A stretch of DNA of 58,686 nucleotides. It comes from Minisyncoccia bacterium. GTDB taxonomy: Bacteria > Patescibacteriota > Minisyncoccia > Phycocordibacterales > UBA9973. The stretch is taken from the NCBI GenBank assembly GCA_965662335.1, contig CBFIGQ010000022.1:1-58686 (forward strand), read 5' to 3'. Positions 8,232 through 18,414 of the stretch are shown piece by piece. The notes beneath the pieces were generated by a model. It saw nothing but the letters and a program-made list of their open reading frames with translations. It was not told the DNA's origin and ran no database searches. Within the stretch, counting starts at the first letter, position 1; each line of letters opens with the position of its first letter. Made by a program: the position numbers and the translations under genes.

Positions 8232-9374
8232 TTACTCCTCCTTTTTATCTTCTACTTTCTGTTCGCCGTAGACGAGCGTCATGCGCTGTTCTTTTGGTTC
8301 AAAGAGAGTAACGGTAAATGGATAGGTTCGTCCGAGCTGAAGCTCTGATCGGAGCTTGTCCTCGCCGCCAAAGGTAGAGTGGTGTACAAGCCCAGCAACT
8401 CCTTCTTTGATAGATACGAGTGCGCCGTGCTTGTTGTACTTGATCACAACACCTTTTACAACATCACCCTTTTTGAGCGTACCTTCAAAACTCTTCCAAG
8501 GGTTGTCTTTGAGTGCCTTGATAGAGAGCGAAATCTTGCCATCCTTGATGTCAATGATCTTTGCTTTGACGGTATCTTTGAGTTTGAACATCTGGCGAGG
8601 ATCTTCTACAAGTCCCCAATCGAGCTCACTGATGTGTACGAGTCCTTCGAGACCGTCCTCGATCTTGAGGAAGACTCCAAAGTCTACGATACCAGTCACT
8701 TCACACGTGAGTTCGTCTCCTACTGCGTACTTACTCACTACCTCCTGACGCTCTTTTGGATTGTTATCCTTTTCAGAAAAGATAAGCTTTCCGTCTTTTG
8801 GATTTGCACTGATCATGGTCACTGCGAGCTTAGTACCGGTGAGTTTCTTGAGCTCGTGTAGGATCTTGTCCTTGTCTGAGTCTTCAACGCGCGGATAGTG
8901 TTCAGACTTGAGCTGACTTGCAGGAAGGAATCCTGATACGCCTTGCCAGTCGATGATAAGTCCACCTTTGTTTGCATCCTTGATGGTGAGCTCAAAGAGT
9001 GTCTTGTCACGGATTGCAGCTTCAGCTTCGCTCCACAGAAGTGCTGCTTTTGCTTCCTTGAGTGAGAGTTCAACGTAGCCGTCTTCATTCTCAACATCAA
9101 CGACCTTTGCCTTGATCACATCACCAATGTTGGTCTTTTTGATGAGATCACGAGCGGCGATGTACTCACGTCCATAGATGATACCAGTACCGTAGGGAGC
9201 GAGATCGATGTAGATAGCTGCCTTGTCGACACCCAGCACAGGACCCTCGACTATCTGGTCGAGCTGTGGGCGATGCGGTGCTTCTGCTTCTTCAGTAGCC
9301 ACTGTTTCTACCTTTTCTTCTTCTAGTTCTTTTTTCTTTGCCATATATAAAAAATGAGCCGCAGAGGCGGCCAT
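8232..9374 (-). CDS. rpsA: 30S ribosomal protein S1 (four S1-domain repeats)
   Basis: Repeated S1 OB-fold signatures (GDVIKAKVVDV, GFLPASQL, GDELTCEVTGIVDFGVFLK, GLVHISEL, GDVVKGVVIKYNKHGALV). The start is either the ATG at 9374 or the ATG at 9344. Confidence 0.88.
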   Translation of the reverse strand: MAASAAHFLYMAKKKELEEEKVETVATEEAEAPHRPQLDQIVEGPVLGVDKAAIYIDLAPYGTGIIYGREYIAARDLIKKTNIGDVIKAKVVDVENEDGYVELSLKEAKAALLWSEAEAAIRDKTLFELTIKDANKGGLIIDWQGVSGFLPASQLKSEHYPRVEDSDKDKILHELKKLTGTKLAVTMISANPKDGKLIFSEKDNNPKERQEVVSKYAVGDELTCEVTGIVDFGVFLKIEDGLEGLVHISELDWGLVEDPRQMFKLKDTVKAKIIDIKDGKISLSIKALKDNPWKSFEGTLKKGDVVKGVVIKYNKHGALVSIKEGVAGLVHHSTFGGEDKLRSELQLGRTYPFTVTLFEPKEQRMTLVYGEQKVEDKKEE

Positions 9375-9521
9375 CCGGATTACTGCTTGTTTTGCAGAAC
9401 CGAACTGCCTACCAAGATTTCACCGGCCATTTTGGGCACCAATGAGGTTATTCCGTGTAGGTTTGTTATTAACTCTTTCGAGTAGGGAAATACTAGCATT
9501 TAGAAAGGGAAATGGGTAGTA

Positions 9522-9550
9522 TTGACTATACTAAATAAATATGATATAAT
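9522..9550 (+). promoter_or_regulatory. Sigma-70-type promoter
   Basis: TTGACT - 17 nt - TATAAT, located 42 nt upstream of the 9592 ORF. Confidence 0.6.
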
Positions 9551-9591
9551 ATGCATAAGAAATTAATTATTAAAAAATAAAGTTCTTTGTT

Positions 9592-9798
9592 ATGAAAAAA
9601 GCACTTCTTGTAGCATCAATGATTGCAATGATAATTTCGTTCGTTCTCGAATTCTTGTTATTTGCCGGTATCCTAAAAGAGAACGGCTCAACTATCGAGG
9701 ATCGTCGGCCAGTATATGTCATTCTGATGTATACAGGTATTGCTGGAATCGTGATGTATATCTTGACCACTTGGCCTCTGCGATTGAAATCACGATAA
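9592..9798 (+). CDS. Small membrane protein (two TM helices)
   Basis: 68-aa ATG ORF with its own promoter and terminator. Hydrophobic segments are LLVASMIAMIISFVLEFLLFAGI and VILMYTGIAGIVMYILT. Confidence 0.55.
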   Translation: MKKALLVASMIAMIISFVLEFLLFAGILKENGSTIEDRRPVYVILMYTGIAGIVMYILTTWPLRLKSR

Positions 9799-9804
9799 CT
9801 AACT

Positions 9805-9842
9805 GCGTACTTAGATACTTTTATCTCAGTACGCTTTTTTTA
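9805..9842 (+). terminator. Rho-independent terminator
   Basis: gcgtact...agtacgc stem followed by TTTTTTT. Confidence 0.75.
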
Positions 9843-9869
9843 TTCCCCAATTTTTGCTAGGATAGCTCT

Positions 9870-10469
9870 ATGGTTATCACATACTACGGCCGGCAGTATT
9901 TCAAGCTCACCTTGGGAGATCTCACCATTGCTACCAACCCTCCTGCAAAGTCCCTCAAGCCCTCACGCTTTGGGGCTGACATTGCGCTTATTACTACCAA
10001 CATCGAAGAGGGAAATGATTCAGAAACCGTGACCTTGGGTGACAAGGCACCATTTGTTATAGATAGCGCTGGTTCATACGAAGTACAAAGTATGTTTTTC
10101 ACTGGCGCACCGAGCAAGGCAGGTGAGCGCATCAACACCGTCTACGGATTTGAGCTCGATGGCATCAAAATAGCCTTTCTTGGTAGCACATACGATGACA
10201 AAGCGCTTTCATCAGAAGCAAAGGAACTAGCAGGGCAAGCAGATATGCTATTTGTAAACATTGGTGAGGATCCAGCGCTGGCATACAAGTGCGCAACGAG
10301 CTTTGATCCCAATGTCATCATTCCGATGAACTATAGCGATGATACTCTCAAGCGATTTCTCAAGGAAGGCGGACAAGAAAAAAATGAAATACTCGAAAAG
10401 GCAACACTCAAACGTCGTGACCTTGATGGAAAGGAAGGATTTATTATTGCACTAGCAGCACAGGGGTAA
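9870..10469 (+). CDS. Hypothetical protein, possibly a degenerate metallo-beta-lactamase-fold hydrolase
   Basis: 199 aa. The N-terminal ITYYG..F.L..GDL.I..NPP pattern resembles UPF0173-type MBL-fold proteins, but I see no HxHxDH box. Confidence 0.4.
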   Translation: MVITYYGRQYFKLTLGDLTIATNPPAKSLKPSRFGADIALITTNIEEGNDSETVTLGDKAPFVIDSAGSYEVQSMFFTGAPSKAGERINTVYGFELDGIKIAFLGSTYDDKALSSEAKELAGQADMLFVNIGEDPALAYKCATSFDPNVIIPMNYSDDTLKRFLKEGGQEKNEILEKATLKRRDLDGKEGFIIALAAQG

Positions 10470-10472
10470 GGT

Positions 10473-10679
10473 ATGGTACCCCTCCAAGAGCGTCCACCCC
10501 ATATTCGTCGCCGTATTGTACTTGTCATTACAAGCGGCGTAGGACTCATTCTCATTGTCATTCTCGTCATGACTTTTTTGCATCCTAAAAAGGATGTGGT
10601 ATCAAAGGATGGTTCACCGCTTCGCGACTTTTACACCACGATTTTGACGAATACACAATCATACTTTAGTTCAAAATAA
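10473..10679 (+). CDS. Small single-pass membrane protein
   Basis: 68-aa ORF, 3 nt after the preceding stop. TM segment IVLVITSGVGLILIVILVMTFL. Confidence 0.45.
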   Translation: MVPLQERPPHIRRRIVLVITSGVGLILIVILVMTFLHPKKDVVSKDGSPLRDFYTTILTNTQSYFSSK

Positions 10680-10698
10680 TGCTATAATATAGGCACAT

Positions 10699-13158
10699 AT
10701 GGCAAAAAAGGCCCCCCAGCAGTCACCCCAAGAACCAGTAGCGCGCCAGAGTATTCTCCCGGTTAATATCGTGAGCGAAATGCGCACGAGCTTCATCGAC
10801 TATGCGATGAGTGTGATTACTGATCGCGCGCTTCCTGATGTGCGTGACGGACTCAAGCCAGTGCACCGCCGCATTCTCTACTCGCTTTATAAAAACGGCC
10901 TCACTGCAAGCGCAAAGTTTCGCAAGAGCGCGCTTATTGTCGGTGATGTGCTCGGTAAATACCACCCGCACGGCGACGCGTCAGTGTACGACGCGATGGT
11001 AAAGATGGCGCAGGAGTTCTCGTACCGGTACCCTCAGGTGAAAGGTCAGGGAAACTTTGGGTCTATCGACGGCGACAACCCAGCTGCGATGCGTTATACC
11101 GAGGCAAAAATGTCAAAGTTTGCGATGGAAATGATTCGCGATATCGAAAAGGACACGATCGATTATCGTCCCAACTACGACGCAACACTCAATGAGCCAA
11201 GTGTGATGCCAAATGCAGTGCCGAACCTTCTCCTAAATGGAACGCTCGGTATTGCAGTCGGTATGGCAACCAACATCGCGCCGCACAACCTCAGCGAGGT
11301 CGTCGATGCGTGTATTTACATGATTGAAAACGATGACGCAAGCAATGAGGATCTCGCAAATATCGTACAAGGTCCTGACTTCCCAACAGGGGGTATTGCA
11401 TTTAACAAAGCAGATATCGCGCATGCGTTTGCAACAGGACGAGGCGGAGTGGTATGTCGTGGTGAAGCAGAAATAGCAGAGACCAAGAGCGGCGTATACC
11501 AGATCACCGTGACAAGTCTCCCGTATCAGGTCGTTCGTGCAAACTTTGTTGAGTCTATTGCATCGCTCGTGCAAGACAAGAAGCTTGAAGGTATCAAAAG
11601 TCTCGATGACCTTTCTGCTGCCGATACCCGTGTCGTCATCACCCTCAAGAGCGGCGTCAACCCACAAAAGGTGCTCAACTATCTCTACAAACACACCCAG
11701 CTTGAGCAGACATTCCACTACAACATGGTGGCGCTTGTTGATGGGGTACCAGAAACACTTTCTCTCAAGTCTATCCTTGGCGCATTTATTGGTCACCGCG
11801 AGACCGTCGTGCGCAGACGTACTGAGTTTGATCTCAAAAAGGCACAAGATAGAGAGCATATTCTCCTCGGTCTCAAAAAAGCACTCGACCATATCGATCG
11901 CATCATTACGCTCATTCGAGGTTCAAAGGATGCTGCTGCTGCAAAAGTAAACCTCATCAAAGAATTTAAATTCTCAGATTTACAGGCTGATGCGATCCTT
12001 GAGATGCGCCTCCAAAAACTTGCAGGTCTTGAGCGAAAGGCAGTCGAAGACGAACTCAAAGAGAAGCAAAAGATCATTGCAGAGCTTACTGCACTCCTTG
12101 CAAGTACCAAGAAAATTTTCAAAGTGATTGCTGATGAGCTACATGAAATCAAAGAAAAGTATGGTGATGAGCGCCGCACTAAGATCGTCGCAGGAGGAAC
12201 CAAACAAATAAATGACGAAGATCTTATTCCAGAAAAAGAGTCAGTGCTTGTGCTCACTGCAGGCGGATATGTAAAGCGCACTGATCCAAGTGAATACAAG
12301 GTACAAAAGCGCGGTGGTGTCGGCGTGGTAGACCTAGAAACAAAGGAGGAAGACTTTGTGACGTCACTTCTTACAACCGATACACACTCCGATCTCCTTT
12401 TCTTTACGAATAATGGTAAGGCATATCAAATCAAAATGTATGACATTCCAGAAGGAAAGCGTGCAACAAAGGGCAAGAGTATTATGAACTTTCTCTCGCT
12501 CGGAGCTGACGAAAAGGTAACGAGCGTGCTCGCCGTTCCAAAGAAAGCAAAGGAAGAAAAAGCATCACTCTTTTTGATTACGAAAAACGGTACCGCAAAG
12601 AAAATGTCATACGACAGCTTCAAAGATGTACGCCGCAGTGGCATCATTGCTATCAAGCTTGATCCGAAAGATGAACTCCAAACAGCGCTCCGTGTACAAA
12701 AAGGGCAAAGTATTATCCTCGCAAGTAGTGATGGGCAGTCTATCCGATTTGCAGAAAGTGATGTGCGCGAGATGGGACGTACCGCAGGAGGAGTGCGCGC
12801 AATGAAACTCGGCACAAAGGATCGTATTGTCGGAGCAAACGTGGTTGCAAGTGAGGCAAACACGTTCCTTTTAGTGATGGGAGAAAACGGAATCGGAAAG
12901 AAGACTGCGATTGATGAATACAAGGTGCAAAAGCGAGGCGGTAGTGGTATCAAAACTGCAAAGGTGACGGCAAAGACTGGAAACCTCATGGTGGCTATGG
13001 TAGTCGGAGATAGCGGAGAGCTCGTGGCAATGAGTAAAAAAGGACAGGTGATCCGTGTTGATCTCTCAACTATCCCTTCATCAGGTAGACAGACACAGGG
13101 TGTCACTATCATGAAGCTTCGCGCAGGGGATACGCTTGCAACAGTGACGTCGCTTTAA
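10699..13158 (+). CDS. gyrA: DNA gyrase subunit A
   Basis: 819 aa with [18 protein letters not shown] and AMRYTE motifs, plus C-terminal beta-pinwheel repeats. Confidence 0.97.
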   Translation: MAKKAPQQSPQEPVARQSILPVNIVSEMRTSFIDYAMSVITDRALPDVRDGLKPVHRRILYSLYKNGLTASAKFRKSALIVGDVLGKYHPHGDASVYDAMVKMAQEFSYRYPQVKGQGNFGSIDGDNPAAMRYTEAKMSKFAMEMIRDIEKDTIDYRPNYDATLNEPSVMPNAVPNLLLNGTLGIAVGMATNIAPHNLSEVVDACIYMIENDDASNEDLANIVQGPDFPTGGIAFNKADIAHAFATGRGGVVCRGEAEIAETKSGVYQITVTSLPYQVVRANFVESIASLVQDKKLEGIKSLDDLSAADTRVVITLKSGVNPQKVLNYLYKHTQLEQTFHYNMVALVDGVPETLSLKSILGAFIGHRETVVRRRTEFDLKKAQDREHILLGLKKALDHIDRIITLIRGSKDAAAAKVNLIKEFKFSDLQADAILEMRLQKLAGLERKAVEDELKEKQKIIAELTALLASTKKIFKVIADELHEIKEKYGDERRTKIVAGGTKQINDEDLIPEKESVLVLTAGGYVKRTDPSEYKVQKRGGVGVVDLETKEEDFVTSLLTTDTHSDLLFFTNNGKAYQIKMYDIPEGKRATKGKSIMNFLSLGADEKVTSVLAVPKKAKEEKASLFLITKNGTAKKMSYDSFKDVRRSGIIAIKLDPKDELQTALRVQKGQSIILASSDGQSIRFAESDVREMGRTAGGVRAMKLGTKDRIVGANVVASEANTFLLVMGENGIGKKTAIDEYKVQKRGGSGIKTAKVTAKTGNLMVAMVVGDSGELVAMSKKGQVIRVDLSTIPSSGRQTQGVTIMKLRAGDTLATVTSL

Positions 13159-13160
13159 AG

Positions 13161-13283
13161 AATACGAACAGCGCAAAACAATTTTTCGAAATGAACACAT
13201 AAAAGTCTGCTGACTTTTTGCTCTGCTCGCGCCAGTTGCGCTGCGCAAGGCATTTCTCAAAATTGTTTTGCGCTGTTCGTATT
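13161..13283. repeat. Long inverted repeat: 33-nt arms (25 perfect plus 6 after a 2-nt mismatch) around a 57-nt loop
   Basis: 13161-13193 aatacgaacagcgcaaaacaatttttcgaaatg is the reverse complement of 13251-13283 catttctcaaaattgttttgcgctgttcgtatt. No T-run follows on either strand. Confidence 0.9.
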
Positions 13284-13313
13284 TGCGTGAATGGTTGCTA
13301 TACTTATGTATGT

Positions 13314-13841
13314 ATGTTCATGGATCCAGAAGCACTGCTTGCCGTGTGTAATCTCCAAACAACGGATAGTGTTGCTGATTTTGGTGCGGGTTCTGGATTT
13401 CTGGCACGTGCAGCGCTCAAGTATGTGCCGCAAGGAAATGTCTTTGCAATAGAAATCAATCGCGACATTGTTGCGCGCCTCACACGTGATGCGAGTGATA
13501 GTCATCTGGGAAATCTTCATCCACTGTGGGGAGATATTGAAGTTCTTGGTGGGTCAAAGCTGGCAAACGATAGTATGGACTTTATTATTCTATCGAATGT
13601 ACTCTTTCATTTAGAAGATAAAGATGGGTGTATGAAGGAGCTGCTGCGTGTACTCAAACCAGGTGGGAGAGTACTTGTCGTGGATTGGACTGAGTCATTT
13701 GGTGGTATGGGGCCAAGTCCTGACATGGTGTTTGATAAGGCACATGCCGAGGCGCTGTTTAGTCGGTTTGGACTCAGCAAGTTAGAGGTAGCTCTACCGG
13801 CGGGCGAGCATCACTATGCTATACTTTTTAGAAGAACATGA
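13314..13841 (+). CDS. Class I SAM-dependent methyltransferase
   Basis: VADFGAGSGFLA (motif I) and LKPGGRVLVVDW. I chose the ATG at 13314. Its stop overlaps the next start (ATGA). Confidence 0.8.
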   Translation: MFMDPEALLAVCNLQTTDSVADFGAGSGFLARAALKYVPQGNVFAIEINRDIVARLTRDASDSHLGNLHPLWGDIEVLGGSKLANDSMDFIILSNVLFHLEDKDGCMKELLRVLKPGGRVLVVDWTESFGGMGPSPDMVFDKAHAEALFSRFGLSKLEVALPAGEHHYAILFRRT

Positions 13842-15148
13842 AATCATCCTTCCAAACAATTCTTGTAGTCGTTTTTGGGGTTGTGTTCGCGGGAGCGGTA
13901 CTTATTTTCTCAGGTCTTGTAAACATTGGAGGCAGTAAAAGTACTGCAAATACTCCATCAGGGAATGTAGTAGTATGGGGAGTTGCTCCACAAGATATCA
14001 TGGAGCAGTACTTCAGTAATTTTAATATTACAAATCAAGGGTATTCGATTTCATACTTTCATCACGATGCGCAAAACCTCGCAAGTGATCTAACGGTCGC
14101 GCTTGCAAATAATGTACAGCCAGATCTCATTCTTTTTTCTTCAGACACATTTACTGAATTTGCCGATAAACTATCGCCAATACCATATACGACATACACC
14201 GAACGGCAGTATCGTGATACAAATGTCGACGGTGCGCAGATATTTTTGACTAAAGATGGTGTTATAGGTGTACCTATTGTTGTTGATCCTATGGTGCTTT
14301 ATTACAACAAGGATTTGCTCGCGCAGGGCTCATTTGTCGTTCCTCCTAAAACATGGGCTATCATGCAGCAGACAGTTCCAGTATTTACACAGAAAGACTC
14401 TCGAAACGCCGTCACACAGTCAGCGATAGCGCTCGGTACTGTGCAAAATATTTCGCATATGCAAGATATACTTTCTACACTTTTCATGCAGACTGGAAAC
14501 AGTATTGTGTCGTATGATGCAAGTACAGGGCGATATGTTGCAACGCTTGGGTCAAGCGGGGCGACAACTACAAGTTCTGCTGTTGCGCAGGCGCTTGATT
14601 TCTACGTAAGTTTCGCCAATCCTATCAATGCAAACTATTCATGGAACAATGGGTTACCTGAAAGCCGTACTCAATTTCTAGCTGGAAAATCGACATTTTA
14701 TCTAGGGTTTGCAAGTGAACTATTTAGTATTCAGGCACAAAACCCAAATTTAAACTTTGATGTGACTGAAATGCTTCAAACAAGTAATACTGCTCGGTCA
14801 GTAACTTATGGTACGTTTTATGGACTTGGTATGGTAAAGAGTGCAAAAAATCCAGTAGCAGCGTACGCAGCGCTCAGCGCTCTGAGCGCATCAACATCAA
14901 TTGATGCAATTGCTAAAGCACTATCACTTCCTCCTTCTCAAAGGGCACTCCTTCTCGTGCAGCAAGCCAACCCCTACGTGTCAGTATTCTTTAAAGCAGC
15001 ACTTTCTACATTTGCGTGGGCGAATCCGAATCCGGCAAAGACGCAACAGATCTTTGCAGATATGGTAAATGCTGTGGCAAGTGGTAAAACTGACTCGCTT
15101 ACAGCGGTAAATGATGCACAGCGAGAACTTCAGTCATTAACTCGATAA
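13838..15148 (+). CDS. Membrane-anchored extracellular solute-binding protein (ABC SBP family 1-like), with no transporter partners nearby
   Basis: 436 aa with an N-terminal TM segment ILVVVFGVVFAGAVLIFSGLV. The SBP-like layout includes VVVWGV, DLILFSS and PIVVDPMVLYYNKDLL. Confidence 0.6.
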   Translation: MKSSFQTILVVVFGVVFAGAVLIFSGLVNIGGSKSTANTPSGNVVVWGVAPQDIMEQYFSNFNITNQGYSISYFHHDAQNLASDLTVALANNVQPDLILFSSDTFTEFADKLSPIPYTTYTERQYRDTNVDGAQIFLTKDGVIGVPIVVDPMVLYYNKDLLAQGSFVVPPKTWAIMQQTVPVFTQKDSRNAVTQSAIALGTVQNISHMQDILSTLFMQTGNSIVSYDASTGRYVATLGSSGATTTSSAVAQALDFYVSFANPINANYSWNNGLPESRTQFLAGKSTFYLGFASELFSIQAQNPNLNFDVTEMLQTSNTARSVTYGTFYGLGMVKSAKNPVAAYAALSALSASTSIDAIAKALSLPPSQRALLLVQQANPYVSVFFKAALSTFAWANPNPAKTQQIFADMVNAVASGKTDSLTAVNDAQRELQSLTR

Positions 15149-15150
15149 CT

Positions 15151-16086
15151 ATGTATAAAAGATTTTTTATTATTATTTCAGCCCTTCTCCTTATTACAAG
15201 TAAGGTACACGCAGCTGCATATTTTCGATCTCTTGATATTACACAGCAGAATACAACCGCGGTATCGATTACTGCAACAGCAGCGATTCATATGGGTGGG
15301 GCAATCTATGTACACGAACTCGGTAGTCCCACTAAAATCAAAGAATGTAGTGCGATAGTATTTGAACCTGGTGTAGCAAGTTCACCGTGTGTGGTAACAG
15401 GGTTATCGCCCGGTACTACCTATGCAGCAACGGTATATTCATCATCCACCGAAACTGATCCTTTAACAAAATTCTTTTCTACAAATTCTCAGCCTACACA
15501 AGAAGTCCAAGACTTAAACCAAATCGCACAAAACACTACCCAACAAAACACCCAAACAGCTACAGCTGTAGCATCAACCGCCTCATCAAGCGCTGCTGTA
15601 GTAAGTGGAGATCAATGTCATGACGGCATTGATAATGATGTCGATGGAAAGGCTGATCAGTACGGGGTTGATTTTTTGAACCCAGATACGGGAAAGGGAG
15701 ACGGAGTGCTTGATCTTGAGCCTGATCCAAGCTGCTTTACTTCGACTGCAACTTCTGAAACTCCGGATGATGTACAAAGTAGTATTATTCCTTGTACGGA
15801 CAAGTGCACCTTTAGCGACTCTTTAAAACTTCTTAATAATATTATTAGTTTTATATTTAAAACACTGCTCATCCCTGTATTTATTCTTATTGTCATTTAT
15901 GTCGGTTTCAAATACATCACTGCCCAGGGCAACCCAGCAAAGGTTGTAAATCTTAAAAAGGTGCTCGGGAATGTTGTGGTAGGTATTATCATATTACTTT
16001 GTGCATGGCTTATTGTGCGAACACTTATGACCACACTCCTCAATGACAATTTTAAACAAGACGGTATAGAGTTTCTTGGAAACTAA
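15151..16086 (+). CDS. Pilin-module protein 1: signal peptide, FN3-like domain, acidic CxDGxDND motif, then a C-terminal VirB2/TrbC-like two-helix module
   Basis: Signal peptide LLLITSKVHA/AA; VTGLSPGTTYAATVYS; CHDGIDNDVDGKADQ; C-terminus IPVFILIVIYVGFKYITAQGNPAKVVNLKKVLGNVVVGIIILLCAWLI. Confidence 0.65.
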   Translation: MYKRFFIIISALLLITSKVHAAAYFRSLDITQQNTTAVSITATAAIHMGGAIYVHELGSPTKIKECSAIVFEPGVASSPCVVTGLSPGTTYAATVYSSSTETDPLTKFFSTNSQPTQEVQDLNQIAQNTTQQNTQTATAVASTASSSAAVVSGDQCHDGIDNDVDGKADQYGVDFLNPDTGKGDGVLDLEPDPSCFTSTATSETPDDVQSSIIPCTDKCTFSDSLKLLNNIISFIFKTLLIPVFILIVIYVGFKYITAQGNPAKVVNLKKVLGNVVVGIIILLCAWLIVRTLMTTLLNDNFKQDGIEFLGN

Positions 16087-16100
16087 CGATATACTTAGAC

Positions 16101-17174
16101 ATGATGAAATTTATTCCAAAAGCGATACTCTCTCTGATCCTATGGATAACGTTGAGTACTCCAGTACACGCAGATACGGTTGGTTTTAAGATATCGGTTA
16201 CCAATGTTGAACAAACCTCTGCTACTATCAGTATTCAGTCCACTGTTGATCATGAAGTAAAGGGTTCTATATATGTATACAAAGGTCAAAATGCAACATA
16301 TGTAGATAGTTATTCCGGGCCAGTACCTATATCATTCGCCTCAGGTGCTATTGTGCCGTATGACGCCGGAGTACTCAGTGCTAACACTACGTACAAAATA
16401 GAAGTAAAGGCAACTGATACTCTAGGAGTGACATATATAGGCAGTACTCAATTTACTACCAAGTCCGCAGCACAAAGCTCATCTGCTTCTACTAGTACTT
16501 CAACAGCAACAGGGTATAGCTGTCGCTCCACCCAAGCAGGCACAACTGACGCAACAGTGACTATTGAAGGCGCATCTCTCATTAGTCATCTTGTTAAGGC
16601 ACTCCCGCCTGGAGCGCTCAACAACTCATACGCCCTCATGCCAACACAGACTGCGTATGAAGGCACATTGGGTACATATACCTACAGTAGTCTTCTAGAG
16701 GGTAGTACCTATAAAATACTTATATTTGACGGGGCAGGAACACTCTTGGGACAGGTATGTACCGTAACTACAAAAGGTACCGCGCCAGGAGCAACTGCGA
16801 CTCAAGCGCCCGTTTCTAGTGCTATAGGTGGGGTATTTACGCCCGGTCAAAATCCGAATGCTGCAAGTGTTACCGCGAGTGGTGCACAGAGCGCGTTTTC
16901 TATCGGTGTACATCTACAAAATCCGCTCAAAGTTGATACGATCCAAGAAGCTATAGCCTATTTCCTCAAAGTAGTGATCAAAATAGCAATACCATTTCTC
17001 GTTGTGTTCTTTATTTGGTCTGGATTCAAGTTTGTCCTGGCACAAGGCAACCCGACTAAAGTCGCAGAAGCCAAGAAAATGTTTTGGTATACAGTCATTG
17101 GTATGTTGCTTATCCTTGGTGCATGGACCATCACAAATGCTATTATTGGAACAGTAAATACAATTGTTAATTAA
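16101..17174 (+). CDS. Pilin-module protein 2: signal peptide, two FN3-like segments, then a C-terminal VirB2/TrbC-like module
   Basis: LSTPVHA/DT; LSANTTYKIEVKATD; LLEGSTYKILIFD; C-terminus IPFLVVFFIWSGFKFVLAQGNPTKVAEAKKMFWYTVIGMLLILGAWTI. Confidence 0.65.
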   Translation: MMKFIPKAILSLILWITLSTPVHADTVGFKISVTNVEQTSATISIQSTVDHEVKGSIYVYKGQNATYVDSYSGPVPISFASGAIVPYDAGVLSANTTYKIEVKATDTLGVTYIGSTQFTTKSAAQSSSASTSTSTATGYSCRSTQAGTTDATVTIEGASLISHLVKALPPGALNNSYALMPTQTAYEGTLGTYTYSSLLEGSTYKILIFDGAGTLLGQVCTVTTKGTAPGATATQAPVSSAIGGVFTPGQNPNAASVTASGAQSAFSIGVHLQNPLKVDTIQEAIAYFLKVVIKIAIPFLVVFFIWSGFKFVLAQGNPTKVAEAKKMFWYTVIGMLLILGAWTITNAIIGTVNTIVN

Positions 17175-17176
17175 GT

Positions 17177-17950
17177 ATGAAACCCTTTTTTCTCACCATT
17201 TTTGCAATACTATTCATTTTTGTTGGTGTTGCAAGAGCACAAACGACGGTAAACTGCTCAGTTGTAAATGACCAAAACCACTCGATATGCTGTAGTGTGG
17301 GAGCAGGGACGGCAAATGCGCAGGCATGCTCTATATACGCCAATGCACAAGCTCATGGATATGCGAACGCAGAGCCTGCAGCAACCTCACCCGAGACTAC
17401 CACCACTGCAAATCAAAACACTGCTCCAGTTGGAGGGCAGTGTGATAATATTTTTAACTTTAATTTTAATGAATGTTGCGTCACGTACTACTCAGTAAAT
17501 AAAACAAAGTGTGATGCGGTAAGTCATGGATACTATACACCCACACTTCCAGGAGCGGTCGGTAATGGTATAGCTACGGGAGCAGTAAATAATGATCCGG
17601 CTCTCACACAACATGCTTCAAATGCGCCCTCCGGGTCGCTCGAGCTCCAGCAGTGCAGTAAAATAAAGTTCGTATCGGTATTTGATATATTGGTGTGGGT
17701 CAAATGTATTATATTGGTTGCGATTATACCGCTTATATTTGCTGCAGCACTCGTCTTTTTCCTCTGGGGTGTCATGAAGTTCATTGCCGCCGCAGATCCG
17801 GTCAAGAAACAAGAAGGCAAAAAGTTTATCATTGCGGGACTTATTGGACTGTTTGTCATGACAAGCCTCTGGGGTATCATTAAAATAGTCGGAAACACAC
17901 TTGGAACAGGATCAGCTGTACCCATCCTTCAGACTTCTTCACTCAAATAG
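17177..17950 (+). CDS. Pilin-module protein 3: signal peptide, Cys-rich ectodomain, then a C-terminal VirB2/TrbC-like module
   Basis: FVGVARA/QT; Cys-rich segments NCSVVNDQNHSICCSV and CDNIFNFNFNECC; C-terminus IFAAALVFFLWGVMKFIAAADPVKKQEGKKFIIAGLIGLFVMTSLWGII. Confidence 0.65.
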   Translation: MKPFFLTIFAILFIFVGVARAQTTVNCSVVNDQNHSICCSVGAGTANAQACSIYANAQAHGYANAEPAATSPETTTTANQNTAPVGGQCDNIFNFNFNECCVTYYSVNKTKCDAVSHGYYTPTLPGAVGNGIATGAVNNDPALTQHASNAPSGSLELQQCSKIKFVSVFDILVWVKCIILVAIIPLIFAAALVFFLWGVMKFIAAADPVKKQEGKKFIIAGLIGLFVMTSLWGIIKIVGNTLGTGSAVPILQTSSLK

Positions 17951-18031
17951 CTAGACAATGGTAGTAGTGTGGTATACTTTCACCATACCTGGCTTCGAAT
18001 ATTATCAGGTACTTATAACTAATATTATTCT

Positions 18032-18409
18032 ATGAAAAAAACAGCTCTTATTTCTTTTAGTGGTACTATGCTCGTGCCAGCACTTGCTCTCGCTCAGCAG
18101 TTCGGATACGTAAACAATGTTGTTGACGCAGGTGCGGGATGGCTTGATCGGTCTATTGTTATCATCATGGTGCTCATGACACTCTTTTTCTTGATTGGTG
18201 TGTTCCGCTACATCTCAGAAAAGGAGGCAGCAAAGCTTCCTGAGCGCCGCAAGATGATGCTCAATGGACTTCTCGGACTCTTTATTGCGGTTTCAGTATG
18301 GGGTATCATCAAGATAGCTGGAAATATCGTCGGTACAAATGGCAACAATGCTCCAGTTGGTCTCACTTGTCCTCCAGGAACATACCCAGTCGGTAACTCT
18401 TGTCAGTAA
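18032..18409 (+). CDS. Pilin-module protein 4 (short, classical VirB2/TrbC-like size)
   Basis: Signal peptide VPALALA/QQ, then IVIIMVLMTLFFLIGVFRYISEKEAAKLPERRKMMLNGLLGLFIAVSVWGII. Confidence 0.65.
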   Translation: MKKTALISFSGTMLVPALALAQQFGYVNNVVDAGAGWLDRSIVIIMVLMTLFFLIGVFRYISEKEAAKLPERRKMMLNGLLGLFIAVSVWGIIKIAGNIVGTNGNNAPVGLTCPPGTYPVGNSCQ

Positions 18410-18414
18410 TCCCT

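Noticed and set aside
12426-13112. Long antisense ORFs inside gyrA (11233-11892, 11793-12299, 12426-13112), pyk (2678-3340), clpB (25047-25640, 26211-26702), the T4CP tail (35386-35973) and dus (56040-56882).
   Set aside because: Each lies within and opposite a confidently identified gene. Their Ser/Arg/Ala/Cys-rich composition has no motifs, which is typical of shadow ORFs.
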